A stretch of DNA of 64,000 nt, taken from NCBI GenBank assembly GCA_963714975.1, contig CAVQQD010000001.1, positions 256,001-320,000 of the forward strand. The letters run 5' to 3'. The translations under genes and the position numbers were made by a program. The stretch is from an uncultured Gammaproteobacteria bacterium. GTDB taxonomy: Bacteria; Pseudomonadota; Gammaproteobacteria; JAURND01. The notes under the pieces were generated by a model. The model saw only the letters and a list, made by a program, of their open reading frames with translations, had not been told where the DNA came from and searched no databases. Within the stretch, counting starts at the first letter, position 1. The number at the start of each line of letters is the position of its first letter. Below, piece by piece: positions 51,251 through 60,643 of the stretch.

Positions 51251-52639
51251 ATGCAGTCCGATTGTTTAGTAGAATTATCGTGGCGAGACGTTAGAACTGA
51301 GGTAGCGAAAAAAAATCCCGAATTTGCGCAAATAGCAGATCAATTTAATCCTCAAGGCGATTTTAAGGTATATAAAGCACGCTATCCTTTTGGATCTCGC
51401 ATCATTAAACACGGAGTGTTTCATTTACCTATTGATGGAACCTTAAAAGCCATCAACGATCCTGACATTCCTGCACGGCTGCGTCAGCAACTGCACTACA
51501 ACCATGATACAGCTCCTCTGTCCATGATGCTAAAGCGTTCTGCTGAGCTATCTATCTATACGGAAAATCGTCTAATCCCGCATTTTGTATTAAATGCCGG
51601 CTCGTTATTTGCGCTTTGGACCATTTTAGATCCCGATGTTTCCTACCATAATCACAACCTCTGGTATCTCACTGCTGGCGCTCACAACTTATTTGTCGTA
51701 CCCAAAATTAAAGATTTTTATGCTTATAAAAGACTATGTCACAGCCGAGGGATCCGGCTGGGATTGCCGAACACGCTGCTTGAACAGCATCAATTGCTGA
51801 TGGCCATGTCACAACATGCTGACTACCCGGAATGGCACTGCGAGATATTGCTATTTACTGCAGAATGGCTAAAGACGCATTCCGACTTAAATTGGCATAT
51901 GTTTCATCATTTTTTATATAAGTACGCGTGGATCCGTTCTTCCTATTGGCGCAATACCTTTTCGTTTTATACCACCTGGGACTCTTTTATTAGGGGATGT
52001 TCTAGGGTAAGAGTAAAAGTAACCCCGCGTGCTGCCGATATTTTGAAGCACTTACTGGCCACTGCTTTAGGAGCGGTACCTGGTTTTGCACCAGCCCTAA
52101 ACGATGAGCAGGGGCCGGTTGCAGCTTGGCAGAAAGACTTTTATGAAATTTATGAGCTGGATCATTACGTTGCTACCATTATGGCGCCCCGACATTTTTC
52201 CCTGACCAGGCCGGATCAACCGGTTTATTGGTCCTTTCATTTACCGTCTTATTTTGAATCAATTTCCCCCAAAGGTGAAAAAACCACTTTGTCGCTGATT
52301 CACGAAGTACATGAATTGTTAGTACATTTTCGTGAGATGGGGTTAGCAGGCAAATTATCGGGGATCTGCAATACCCCCATTGAAACTGTGTTAAAGCAGC
52401 TTCAGTTTAATTTCTATCACAGCGACCAGGATGCTCGAAAAATTACTAGGCCAGTGCATATGCTTGCTCAAGAAGACCCCAGTTTCCTACAGTGCCCACA
52501 ACAATATGGCATTCGTGAAATTTCAGAAATGGGTCCCTTTCGTGCGGGGTTGTGTGCGAATCAAAAAAATCCCCTCTCCGGATTAACCCTCGACATTATT
52601 CCTTCTCCCCTTGGGGGAGAAAGTGCCGAAGGCGGATGA
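51251..52639 (+). CDS. Legionellales-type hypothetical protein, probable frameshift near 52535
   Basis: GAGGAGG RBS before ATG at 51251; the alternative frame ends PFVRGCVRIKKIPSPD at 52586, before the REP. Confidence 0.6.
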   Translation: MQSDCLVELSWRDVRTEVAKKNPEFAQIADQFNPQGDFKVYKARYPFGSRIIKHGVFHLPIDGTLKAINDPDIPARLRQQLHYNHDTAPLSMMLKRSAELSIYTENRLIPHFVLNAGSLFALWTILDPDVSYHNHNLWYLTAGAHNLFVVPKIKDFYAYKRLCHSRGIRLGLPNTLLEQHQLLMAMSQHADYPEWHCEILLFTAEWLKTHSDLNWHMFHHFLYKYAWIRSSYWRNTFSFYTTWDSFIRGCSRVRVKVTPRAADILKHLLATALGAVPGFAPALNDEQGPVAAWQKDFYEIYELDHYVATIMAPRHFSLTRPDQPVYWSFHLPSYFESISPKGEKTTLSLIHEVHELLVHFREMGLAGKLSGICNTPIETVLKQLQFNFYHSDQDARKITRPVHMLAQEDPSFLQCPQQYGIREISEMGPFRAGLCANQKNPLSGLTLDIIPSPLGGESAEGG

Positions 52640-52643
52640 GGGG
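52601..52643 (+). repeat. REP family A
   Basis: CCTTCTCCCCTTGGGGGAGAAAGTGCCGAAGGCGGATGAGGGG. Confidence 0.85.
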
Positions 52644-52652
52644 AATAAAATA

Positions 52653-53057
52653 TTATTCACCACTGGCAGCTACTGGAGCTGGAGATTTCCCGAATCTTTC
52701 TTGCAATTTATTTAACTCAGTTACAGAGTCTGTCGACTTTTGATTATTAGCTCGACTGAAAAAACCACCATTAAACTTCAGCGATTGATAAGAGTTCTCA
52801 GGAAGAGAAGATTTCACTGGAGCATTCCCAATACCGCCTAATGCATCTTTTGCAGCCTGAATTTGTTCCCTCACTTGCGCAAGTCTAGCCTGGGTTGCGA
52901 CATCCTCGTTACCAGATTGCTGAAATTCACGGTCTAAACCTTCAATAATCTTGCTAGCGCTACTAACAACAATGCGTTTCTCTACGCCTTTAGTCGTGTT
53001 TAGTTGGGCTTCCAGGGCAGTTAGCTTGTAATTTATATCCGACAATTTATCTGACAT
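52653..53057 (-). CDS. Small helical hypothetical protein, putative effector
   Basis: Coiled-coil-like N-terminus, GGFFS, GAGGA RBS, upstream PmrA-like box. Confidence 0.6.
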   Translation of the reverse strand: MSDKLSDINYKLTALEAQLNTTKGVEKRIVVSSASKIIEGLDREFQQSGNEDVATQARLAQVREQIQAAKDALGGIGNAPVKSSLPENSYQSLKFNGGFFSRANNQKSTDSVTELNKLQERFGKSPAPVAASGE

Positions 53058-53112
53058 TTTGATGGTCCTCGTTCGTTGACTAATTTTTTACAAGAATCCA
53101 TTAAACCATACT

Positions 53113-53132
53113 CATCTTAAGATAGAATTAAG
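53113..53132 (-). promoter_or_regulatory. PmrA-like direct repeat
   Basis: Minus strand cTTAATTCT-at-cTTAAGATG. Confidence 0.5.
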
Positions 53133-53148
53133 AGCTGAAAAAAAATTT

Positions 53149-53207
53149 GTAACCATTCAGCATAATGGAGCGAACTCCTTCCCCCCTTGTGGGAGAAGGG
53201 GAGAAGG
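53149..53207. repeat. GTAACCATTCAG end plus REP family A fragment
   Basis: Same terminus as 46901 and 58716. Confidence 0.65.
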
Positions 53208-53242
53208 AGTATTGCAACCGCAGGAGAGGAGGGTCAGGAACC

Positions 53243-56200
53243 TCATGACGCAGCCACGTGGGGCGAATTTTCCGAAGAGAAATGCTGGGTTATTTTTCCG
53301 GTAATATTAAACTTAGAATCAAGCAGCCCCCCCAAAACGCATCCCAGCATAAGACCTACAAGCAGAGGCAATTCATTGCCAAAAGGAAAATCCAGTTTCG
53401 ATTCTAAAAGATAGGAATTAATTACCGCACCAGTAATAAGGCCAAACGTCCCCCAACTTGCATAATACCCCACTAATACTTTACGCGTGGCAATGGGCTC
53501 GCTGGTTTCTTCTTGTTCTTGGCGCTTTTGCTCTGCTTGGCGTGTTTGCTCTTCTTGAGGTTGTGCAGCAATGCTCCGCTGTTCCTCGAGGGCTTTGAGG
53601 GTTTTATATTCGGCTGCAAGGCTGGAGTACTGGTTATTTAAAGAGGCCATAATACCTTGTAGTCGTTTTTCCTCCCCTTGCAAACTAAAAATTGTCGCAT
53701 CTTTTTGTGCCAAGCTGGAGAGCTTAGTTTGCGCCTCTTGTAACTGCGCCTGTAAATTAAGAATTTGTTGCTGACGCTCTTTAAACGCTTTCTCAAATTT
53801 TTCCTTATCTTGCTGAGTGATTGCTTGGTTGTTTACAATTTCCTGACATAGTGTTTCAGCTTGTTTTGCATTGCTTTCTAAGTTTTTAATTTTCTCATTG
53901 GTTTCTTGGATTTTCTTTTGTAAAGCGTCATTAGTTTGTTTTAAGTGTTGGACCTCTCCTTTTAATAACTTTGTTTCTTCCCGCGACGTATTGTCTGGGG
54001 GAAGATTCTCTAGCACTTGTTGCCCTTGCTTAGGTATATTATTTTCCTTCACCTCAACAAGAGGACCAGGAGGCACACTGAGGCTTACACGCTTTTCATA
54101 TTGCTTTTTTAGATGTTTATCCAAACAAGGCATGATATTCACAGCCACTTGCGCAGCCACTTGCGGCCCACAGTTACCATCGTGCATCGACGAACTCCAG
54201 GAGGCAGGAGTGACTGATACTGTCATATTATCGGGAGAATGCTTTACTACGTTCTTAACGAGAAATTGCGCCAAGGAAGCCGGGCTCGTAGTCTTTGCTG
54301 CTTCTTGCTGCATAAACTCTTTTAGCATCCCCCGCAGCTGCCCGGCCGCTTCTACAGGAGGCACACCGGTCTCTTTGTGAGCAGGAGTACTGTGTGGAAA
54401 TATTCCGTCTGAAGCGTTGATGATAAACGCTTCAGCATCCGCGGGCACAGGAACGTAGCTATGGAAAATCTCGGGCTCATGACTCAACCCATCCTGCTCA
54501 TAACCCGTTTGGCCGAAGCAGCGCGTGGGGACAATACCCGCTTCCTGCTGGGGATCCTTAACCTCATCCGGAGCGCCCTGTTTAAAACGATTTTCGCCTA
54601 ATTTTTTAGCATCAACCATTACTATGTGTTTCTTAGCCAAGTCACTTTTAATTCTGTTTTTTTCAGACTTATTGGACAAAGTATGAATGGACCGGCTTAG
54701 AGGGTGGACTTCTAAGACAATTGTTCTGATGTTCTTTTCTTCCTTTACCGTTTTAACCACTAAAAAGGAATAGCTATCGCCTAATTGGGCATTTACAGCA
54801 GTGATGATATCTCCTTTACCATTACCCGCAGGAACTCGTTGGGACACTGTAGTACAGCCCGTGGAACCTACCCATGGCTGCTGCCCATAGCCTTGCTGTA
54901 TTTCGGCATAGGTGTCACGCAGCGCCACTGCAATCTCATCCTGAGTCAGTAACGACGACCAAAGCAAGGGTTGGGCCACAGCCCGATCTTCCTGGCGAGT
55001 TCTTTCACCTTTAATACTGCAAACCGCAGCAGCTTCGGCTTCACTAGTGCCCACCCTTATTTTTTCAAAAACATCATTCCATCCCAATTTATCTTGTAAC
55101 GCCCCATCTTCCCAAAGCAGGTGAGCAGCATCTGTTACCTTGATCGGCAAAGAGCAATCCTTGGAATCACTGAGCTTATTCTCCATCGAGGGCTGAGAGG
55201 GTAACTGCGACACAAAATTGTGCTGAACGTTACTTAACTTTTGAATTACGCCCTGCTGATCCACTGCATCCAAAGGATGCAAGTTATTTTCTTGAATAAA
55301 CGTCCTCAGAAACTCTAGAGTTAGGGGAGATGAAAATAGGTCTTGCTGTGCTAAAAGCAAGGAACTTAACCGAGCCAGCTCTGTGGCACTCTTACAATCC
55401 TGGAAATAGCGGATTATTCTGCCCGCCCTAATCTTTTGTTGCGATAGCGCAGATTTTGTTTCCCCCCTTAATTCCAATAAATCCTTGGCCACTTGTTCTC
55501 TGAAGGCATCCTTGTCTGCTATAGTGGCTTTTTTCTCAACTTGTAGCTTAATTTCTCGCGGTGGAACAACCGACTGTAGAAGATCCCGATTTTGATGTTG
55601 ATTTTGATTTTGCTCTAGAACAAGGCTTGGGTTTATACCCGTATGTTTGCGCAGAGCTGCTTGAAGGGCTGTTATAGGGCCAAATTGGCTCAGATAGCGT
55701 ACTGCAGCAGGGTCTTGAACCAAATTTATTAAAAAACCCTGCATCTGCGTGCAAAAATATTGTTTTCCTCCTCCCTGAGAGGTAGTATGTTTAGCACCTA
55801 AGTACTTAAGTATTTCCCCTCTTTTGATACTTCCAGCGCCCAACAAATCGATGATCATTTGCAGCTTAGTTAATTCTTGATAGCCCTTGGAATGATAGTA
55901 GTGGTCTTTTCCGAGAGCTTTCATTGTGTCTGGAGGAAATACAGGAAAATTAAAATCTTTCGTCTCGTACAGGCTCGGGGTTGCTGCCGCATAGGCTTTG
56001 TCGTCTCTTGGCCAAAACATTTTGTTAACTAAATGGATTTCTGCCAAGATCTCTCGATATCTATTAAATTGTGCAGTTAGTATAGGGGTAGGGGTAGTGC
56101 CACAAGAGGAGAGCCCAACTAACTGATCTAAAGTCGGTATTTTATAATTGGCCCCTGTGGTATTTTTCTCTATTGTGTGGAGCAAAGCGGTAATATGCGG

Positions 56201-58666
56201 CGTGCCAAAACTTTTTTGCCGATTAAGGATAGCTAGTCTTTCCTTATGATCTTCTACCCTCAACAAACCAATTAAAAATCGCTCCTGCTGCGAAGTAGTT
56301 AAATTGCCATAAGGTTGAGCATGAAGGGTTTTAAAGCCAGCTAAAGAAGTCACTTCCTCAAGCGCTACCTGATAGTTAGCAGCAAAACTTTGCTGATACA
56401 TTGCCATTACCGGCCCTAGAGCCGATAGTTCGCGTTTTAAGTGTGCAAAACTGCTGGGGTAATAAATAAAGGTTTGTCGTATTACTGCCCTGATTTCAGC
56501 GGCAGACTTAGTGAATAAAACCGCAATAAAAGCATATCTTTTCTCCGGAATAGCATCGCCCAACATAATAGCAATGCTAACCGGCATACTTGCAGGCTTC
56601 CCAAAGTAATCCACAGCATCCACAAACGCTTGAGCTTCTAGAGAAAATTGGGTCAGGTTCCTTGCTTGTTGCATTTGGGGAAGGAAAGTGTCCTTCATTG
56701 CCTGAACCGCCAGTTCTTGGTTCATAGTCATATTATTAAGATGGAATTCCTCAGGGCCACATTTCGCCCAACTATTAATCAACTCGATACCTCGATTCCT
56801 AGTACCAGTTATGTTGTTCTCAGAATTTCGCATTTGGGCAGTCAATATTCGTAATCTGCTGAGTTGACCTAACTGCAATAATCCCCAAATAAATTGCTTT
56901 TTCTGTTGGAAGGCGGAAGGGTTGAGGGTTGCAAATGCTGTGCGATGCAAAGCGGGTGTAGACTGCACGAGGGCAATATCTTCCTGTAAATTTTTTATGG
57001 CTGCTGAGGGATTCTTCTCTTCGGCTAATTTGGACTGTAATAATTCTAAACTATGAGCTGACTGGTTGTTGCAGGCAAGCCATTGTTCTGTAGGAGAGAG
57101 GGAGGATAAATGCTTCACCATTTCCAAACGCTCATCAGGATCAGTAATGTTTGCGTACTGCTGTTGACTCATCTGCTTTGTTCGCGCCTCCAAGGCATTC
57201 AGCAACACTTGATATTCCCATATTCCTCGTAAGCTCTTGTTAGTGCGTTTAAGTTTGAGATAGGCAATTAAGGCTTTTAACTCTTCCGCACGTTCCGGCT
57301 TGGCCCAAAATTTCAATTGATCTTGTTTAGAACGTCGAGAGAGGGCAAAAATATACGAATCTTTTTCCTCGGGTTTTGACTCTGCTTGGAATTGCTGCTT
57401 TTCTAAATCACACAGATAGCGGAGTATTTGCTGACCTTGGGCAATAATCTGCTGTTTTCTTGGGTCCCAACCGAGCATCCCAAAGGTTGCATGTTGCAAG
57501 TGTTCAAGTAATTTACTGACATTGCCCATTTCCGCTGGAGGTAAGCCTGCCTGATAGAATAAAAACTTTCTGATATTTTCAGGGGAATCAAACTGAGGAT
57601 CTGAAACAAGCTGGAAAAGAAATAAATAATTATTTTGGAAATCATTTGAATCATACTGGGTATAACTCTGCTTAAGTAAAATCGGGAATTTAGATAGATC
57701 TTCATGTATTCCCAATTCTTCATTGGCTTGGTTTTTGTAATGATCCACCAGCAAGTTAAGATAGCCGATAATCGGTTCTTGGGTCATACAATAGGTCGGG
57801 GTTTGTTTTGCGGTCAGTGCAAAGATACCTTCATCTTCCCAACCATAAAAGGCTTCTGCAGTATTGCCTTGCTTAACACGCTTCGGATGTATCCTCACGA
57901 TATCATCAAGCGTAATGCGGTAACCATTTTTAAAGGTGATACCATTAGGCCATGTTGCTCTAACTTTCTCCTTCCTGAGCATCTCGCCATCGTATTCTTC
58001 TGAAGGCACTAGGGCAGACGAATTTTGAGCGAAGTTTCCCAGCTTTTTAATATCCTCTGGTTTCAATAGCCTATGGAAATCATTTCCACTTAAAGCATAA
58101 TAGATTTGTGTTTTACCATGAATCTGTCTGGGCTGACCACGACCATAAGCATTTGCAGCACCATAATCTTTGCGATTTTGTGGCTTGGGGTGCTGCAGGA
58201 TTTTTCGCAATTCTTGAATTGGATCCTCTACTCTTAATTTTTTAAATTCCTGGTCCTCGCCTGGTTTGGGATGCTGAATGGCTTGCAAGGCCCGAAGTTT
58301 TTGTTCCGGTGATAAGGCAGGCATATTTTTGCCTTTTTCATCCACGGGGCAGTCCATAATGGAATCAAAAAGATGTTCGACGCTAAATTTAATTTCGGAT
58401 AATTCATGAATTTGAGAATGCCAATCTGCAGCAGGTATGCTATTCAAAAAAGGCGCTTGTACTAAAGCTAAGATTAGTGGGTCTTCCATTCCCTCTTTAA
58501 CGGCGGCAATCAAATTTGGCGCCTTATCTAGGCGCTGCCTAATGACAGGTGATTTTTCTACTAGAGCTAGTAAGTCTGCATCACCTTCAAGTTCTTGCTT
58601 AAGCGTGGGATGTTTTTTCAATGCGGCTATGGTAATGTTTTCTTTGTTTTCTGGGAAAAATTGCAT
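53243..58666 (-). CDS. 1807-aa putative effector with PP2C/PPM-like domain, coiled coil and C-terminal TM pair
   Basis: GERTRQED, GSTG, QLGDS, TRCFG, HEPE, NASDGI, PDNMT, HDGNCG. Confidence 0.7.
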   Translation of the reverse strand: MQFFPENKENITIAALKKHPTLKQELEGDADLLALVEKSPVIRQRLDKAPNLIAAVKEGMEDPLILALVQAPFLNSIPAADWHSQIHELSEIKFSVEHLFDSIMDCPVDEKGKNMPALSPEQKLRALQAIQHPKPGEDQEFKKLRVEDPIQELRKILQHPKPQNRKDYGAANAYGRGQPRQIHGKTQIYYALSGNDFHRLLKPEDIKKLGNFAQNSSALVPSEEYDGEMLRKEKVRATWPNGITFKNGYRITLDDIVRIHPKRVKQGNTAEAFYGWEDEGIFALTAKQTPTYCMTQEPIIGYLNLLVDHYKNQANEELGIHEDLSKFPILLKQSYTQYDSNDFQNNYLFLFQLVSDPQFDSPENIRKFLFYQAGLPPAEMGNVSKLLEHLQHATFGMLGWDPRKQQIIAQGQQILRYLCDLEKQQFQAESKPEEKDSYIFALSRRSKQDQLKFWAKPERAEELKALIAYLKLKRTNKSLRGIWEYQVLLNALEARTKQMSQQQYANITDPDERLEMVKHLSSLSPTEQWLACNNQSAHSLELLQSKLAEEKNPSAAIKNLQEDIALVQSTPALHRTAFATLNPSAFQQKKQFIWGLLQLGQLSRLRILTAQMRNSENNITGTRNRGIELINSWAKCGPEEFHLNNMTMNQELAVQAMKDTFLPQMQQARNLTQFSLEAQAFVDAVDYFGKPASMPVSIAIMLGDAIPEKRYAFIAVLFTKSAAEIRAVIRQTFIYYPSSFAHLKRELSALGPVMAMYQQSFAANYQVALEEVTSLAGFKTLHAQPYGNLTTSQQERFLIGLLRVEDHKERLAILNRQKSFGTPHITALLHTIEKNTTGANYKIPTLDQLVGLSSCGTTPTPILTAQFNRYREILAEIHLVNKMFWPRDDKAYAAATPSLYETKDFNFPVFPPDTMKALGKDHYYHSKGYQELTKLQMIIDLLGAGSIKRGEILKYLGAKHTTSQGGGKQYFCTQMQGFLINLVQDPAAVRYLSQFGPITALQAALRKHTGINPSLVLEQNQNQHQNRDLLQSVVPPREIKLQVEKKATIADKDAFREQVAKDLLELRGETKSALSQQKIRAGRIIRYFQDCKSATELARLSSLLLAQQDLFSSPLTLEFLRTFIQENNLHPLDAVDQQGVIQKLSNVQHNFVSQLPSQPSMENKLSDSKDCSLPIKVTDAAHLLWEDGALQDKLGWNDVFEKIRVGTSEAEAAAVCSIKGERTRQEDRAVAQPLLWSSLLTQDEIAVALRDTYAEIQQGYGQQPWVGSTGCTTVSQRVPAGNGKGDIITAVNAQLGDSYSFLVVKTVKEEKNIRTIVLEVHPLSRSIHTLSNKSEKNRIKSDLAKKHIVMVDAKKLGENRFKQGAPDEVKDPQQEAGIVPTRCFGQTGYEQDGLSHEPEIFHSYVPVPADAEAFIINASDGIFPHSTPAHKETGVPPVEAAGQLRGMLKEFMQQEAAKTTSPASLAQFLVKNVVKHSPDNMTVSVTPASWSSSMHDGNCGPQVAAQVAVNIMPCLDKHLKKQYEKRVSLSVPPGPLVEVKENNIPKQGQQVLENLPPDNTSREETKLLKGEVQHLKQTNDALQKKIQETNEKIKNLESNAKQAETLCQEIVNNQAITQQDKEKFEKAFKERQQQILNLQAQLQEAQTKLSSLAQKDATIFSLQGEEKRLQGIMASLNNQYSSLAAEYKTLKALEEQRSIAAQPQEEQTRQAEQKRQEQEETSEPIATRKVLVGYYASWGTFGLITGAVINSYLLESKLDFPFGNELPLLVGLMLGCVLGGLLDSKFNITGKITQHFSSENSPHVAAS

Positions 58667-58715
58667 AGAAAAAACCTCATGCGTGCAATGAAAAAATCAA
58701 TTAAATGTAAGAGTA

Positions 58716-58914
58716 GTAACTATTCACCACGATTTTGCCTCTCCCCTTGTGGGAGAGGCCGCCGCGCCGTAAGGCGCGCGGGTGATGGGTAGGCAGAGCA
58801 GTTAGCATTTGGCTAACAAAATGCTCCTTGCTGATTTCAAGTTTACCCCTCCCGCCCTTTCGGGCACCTTCTCCCACAAAAGGATTTGTATGCACAAAGA
58901 GGGTGAATGATTAC
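58716..58914. mobile_element. 199-bp MITE/REPIN-like element: 13-bp TIRs enclosing an inverted REP family A doublet
   Basis: GTAACTATTCACC ... GGTGAATGATTAC (11/13 match); inner CCTCTCCCCTTGTGGGAGAGG and CACCTTCTCCCACAA. Confidence 0.75.
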
Positions 58915-58969
58915 AACCATTTAAAAGCGTTTATTTTATACAAAAAATAGAGAGAGATCAAATTTTTCA

Positions 58970-59440
58970 CTATTTTTTAATTAGCCGACTTTTTTCGCGT
59001 TCCCAGTCCCGACGTTTCTCGGTTTCACGTTTGTCATAGAGTTTTTTTCCTTTGGCGAGAGCAAATTCAACTTTAGCGCGATTTTTCTTCCAATATAGGG
59101 CCAGGGGAACTAAGGTATAGCCTTTGCGTTGCACTGCACCCGCTAAGAAACATAATTCACGGGCATGTAATAATAACTTGCGACTGCGTTCGGGATCAGG
59201 ATGGATATGGGTGGACACTGTGGAGAGCGGCGAGATATGGGCATTAAGCAACCAAGCTTCTCCGCTACGAATGATTACATAGCTATCTTTCAATTGCGCG
59301 CGTCCAGCGCGTAGGCTTTTTACTTCCCAACCTTGAAGCATAAGCCCGGCTTCAAAGCGATCTTCAATGAGATAATCATGATGCGCCTTCCGATTCGTGG
59401 CGATAGTGGATTGATTCGGCGTTGTCTTCTGTGTTTTCAT
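58970..59440 (-). CDS. smpB: SsrA-binding protein
   Basis: [33 protein letters not shown]. Confidence 0.98.
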   Translation of the reverse strand: MKTQKTTPNQSTIATNRKAHHDYLIEDRFEAGLMLQGWEVKSLRAGRAQLKDSYVIIRSGEAWLLNAHISPLSTVSTHIHPDPERSRKLLLHARELCFLAGAVQRKGYTLVPLALYWKKNRAKVEFALAKGKKLYDKRETEKRRDWEREKSRLIKK

Positions 59441-59464
59441 ATAGTTAATCTAGCAATTTTAGAG
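59392..59464. repeat. 73-bp direct repeat copy 1 (smpB 5' end and upstream)
   Basis: 69/73 identical to 60563-60635. Confidence 0.92.
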
Positions 59465-59506
59465 GACGTCACAGTGACCATGATGCTCGAAAATTACTAG
59501 CCAGTG

Positions 59507-60442
59507 TTATACAGGTCTCTTAATGTTAAAATTTAGCTCTTGCTCTAACATAGCCACTATGTCTGTAGGCATATTGGTTAGTTGCACCACTTGTTGAATA
59601 GGCACACCGCTTTGTAGGAGCTTTATTGCGCTTGCTGCCTCCCACCACCCCTCTTGATGCCCCTTCTGGCGTCCTTCTTCTCTAATTTGTTGTGCTATAG
59701 TCATAACATTCTCCCGAGCATGATTGGAATATAAATTTTTTTGGATTACCTTCAGTAATTTATTGTAGTCCTTCACATTTGCTGCTGTAAATAAATAATT
59801 AAACGTTCCTTCTAAAAAATCATAGCCACCCGCTTGATCCACGGCATACCAAGCATCTGCTAGCTTTTCAATATGCGGCAATATATCTAGGACATAAATA
59901 TACTTCATGACCGTATGCATAATGTTTAACCAAGGATTATTAGTGGTTAATCTCTCATCGGCAATGGTATTTAAGTTAACCAAGTGGATTTGTGAGCATA
60001 GTATTGGCGGGGTCATGTCTTGCGGACAATCAAATAGTTTAGATAATTCACTAACCCGAGGATAAGATTTTTTTCCGTGGTAAAACACCATGGGATAAAT
60101 TGTTGGTAAGTACCGATCTTTAGTTTGTTTACGGTAATGTTCCATAGTACGAACTAAATAAACTAAAATAATAAATACTTGCCAACGGGTAGGTTTGCTT
60201 CGATGTTCAGGAAGAAAAAACAACAGCCCTGGTCTATGAGCATACTCTGCAGAAAAAAGCATATCTGTCGCTGCTAATTTTAACCTGGCATTTACAAAGT
60301 TGTCTTTACATGATTGCAGGGTATCTAATTTAATTATGCTTTTAATTTTTTCTGGTAAGTGACACTCAAAAAATGCTCTAGCCACTTGCGGCTCGCTCAT
60401 CGCCAAACGAAAAAAATGATCGTGTACTGAACCTTTTTTCAT
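59507..60442 (-). CDS. Rpn/YhgA-family PD-(D/E)XK nuclease
   Basis: HDHFF, TDMLF, EHRS, PMVFYHG, MTIAQQIREEGRQKG. Confidence 0.9.
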   Translation of the reverse strand: MKKGSVHDHFFRLAMSEPQVARAFFECHLPEKIKSIIKLDTLQSCKDNFVNARLKLAATDMLFSAEYAHRPGLLFFLPEHRSKPTRWQVFIILVYLVRTMEHYRKQTKDRYLPTIYPMVFYHGKKSYPRVSELSKLFDCPQDMTPPILCSQIHLVNLNTIADERLTTNNPWLNIMHTVMKYIYVLDILPHIEKLADAWYAVDQAGGYDFLEGTFNYLFTAANVKDYNKLLKVIQKNLYSNHARENVMTIAQQIREEGRQKGHQEGWWEAASAIKLLQSGVPIQQVVQLTNMPTDIVAMLEQELNFNIKRPV

Positions 60443-60527
60443 ATTACCTCCTCTGATAGAAGAAGTAATTTAGAGCTTCAATAATTAATGTTCAATACCG
60501 TAGTTATCAGAAAATCCCTTCTTTCAA

Positions 60528-60563
60528 CCCCCTACCCCCCTTTTCCAAAGGGGGGTAGGGGGG
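60528..60563. repeat. REP family C palindrome
   Basis: CCCCCTACCCCCCTTT-TCC-AAAGGGGGGTAGGGGG; degenerate relatives near 6787-6820 and 45219-45247. Confidence 0.8.
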
Positions 60564-60635
60564 ATTCGTGGCGATAGTGGATTGATTCGGTGTTGTCTTC
60601 TGTGTTTTCATATAGCTAATCTACTAATTTTAGAG
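60563..60635. repeat. 73-bp direct repeat copy 2
   Basis: Duplicate of the first 16 smpB codons plus upstream sequence. Confidence 0.92.
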
Positions 60636-60643
60636 TTGACCTT

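Noticed and set aside
58701-58895. 64-aa ORF
   Set aside because: Lies almost entirely within the palindromic element.
58915-58969. ssrA (tmRNA) downstream of smpB
   Set aside because: No GGGGCTGA/tRNA-like ends seen; the space is occupied by the repeat element.
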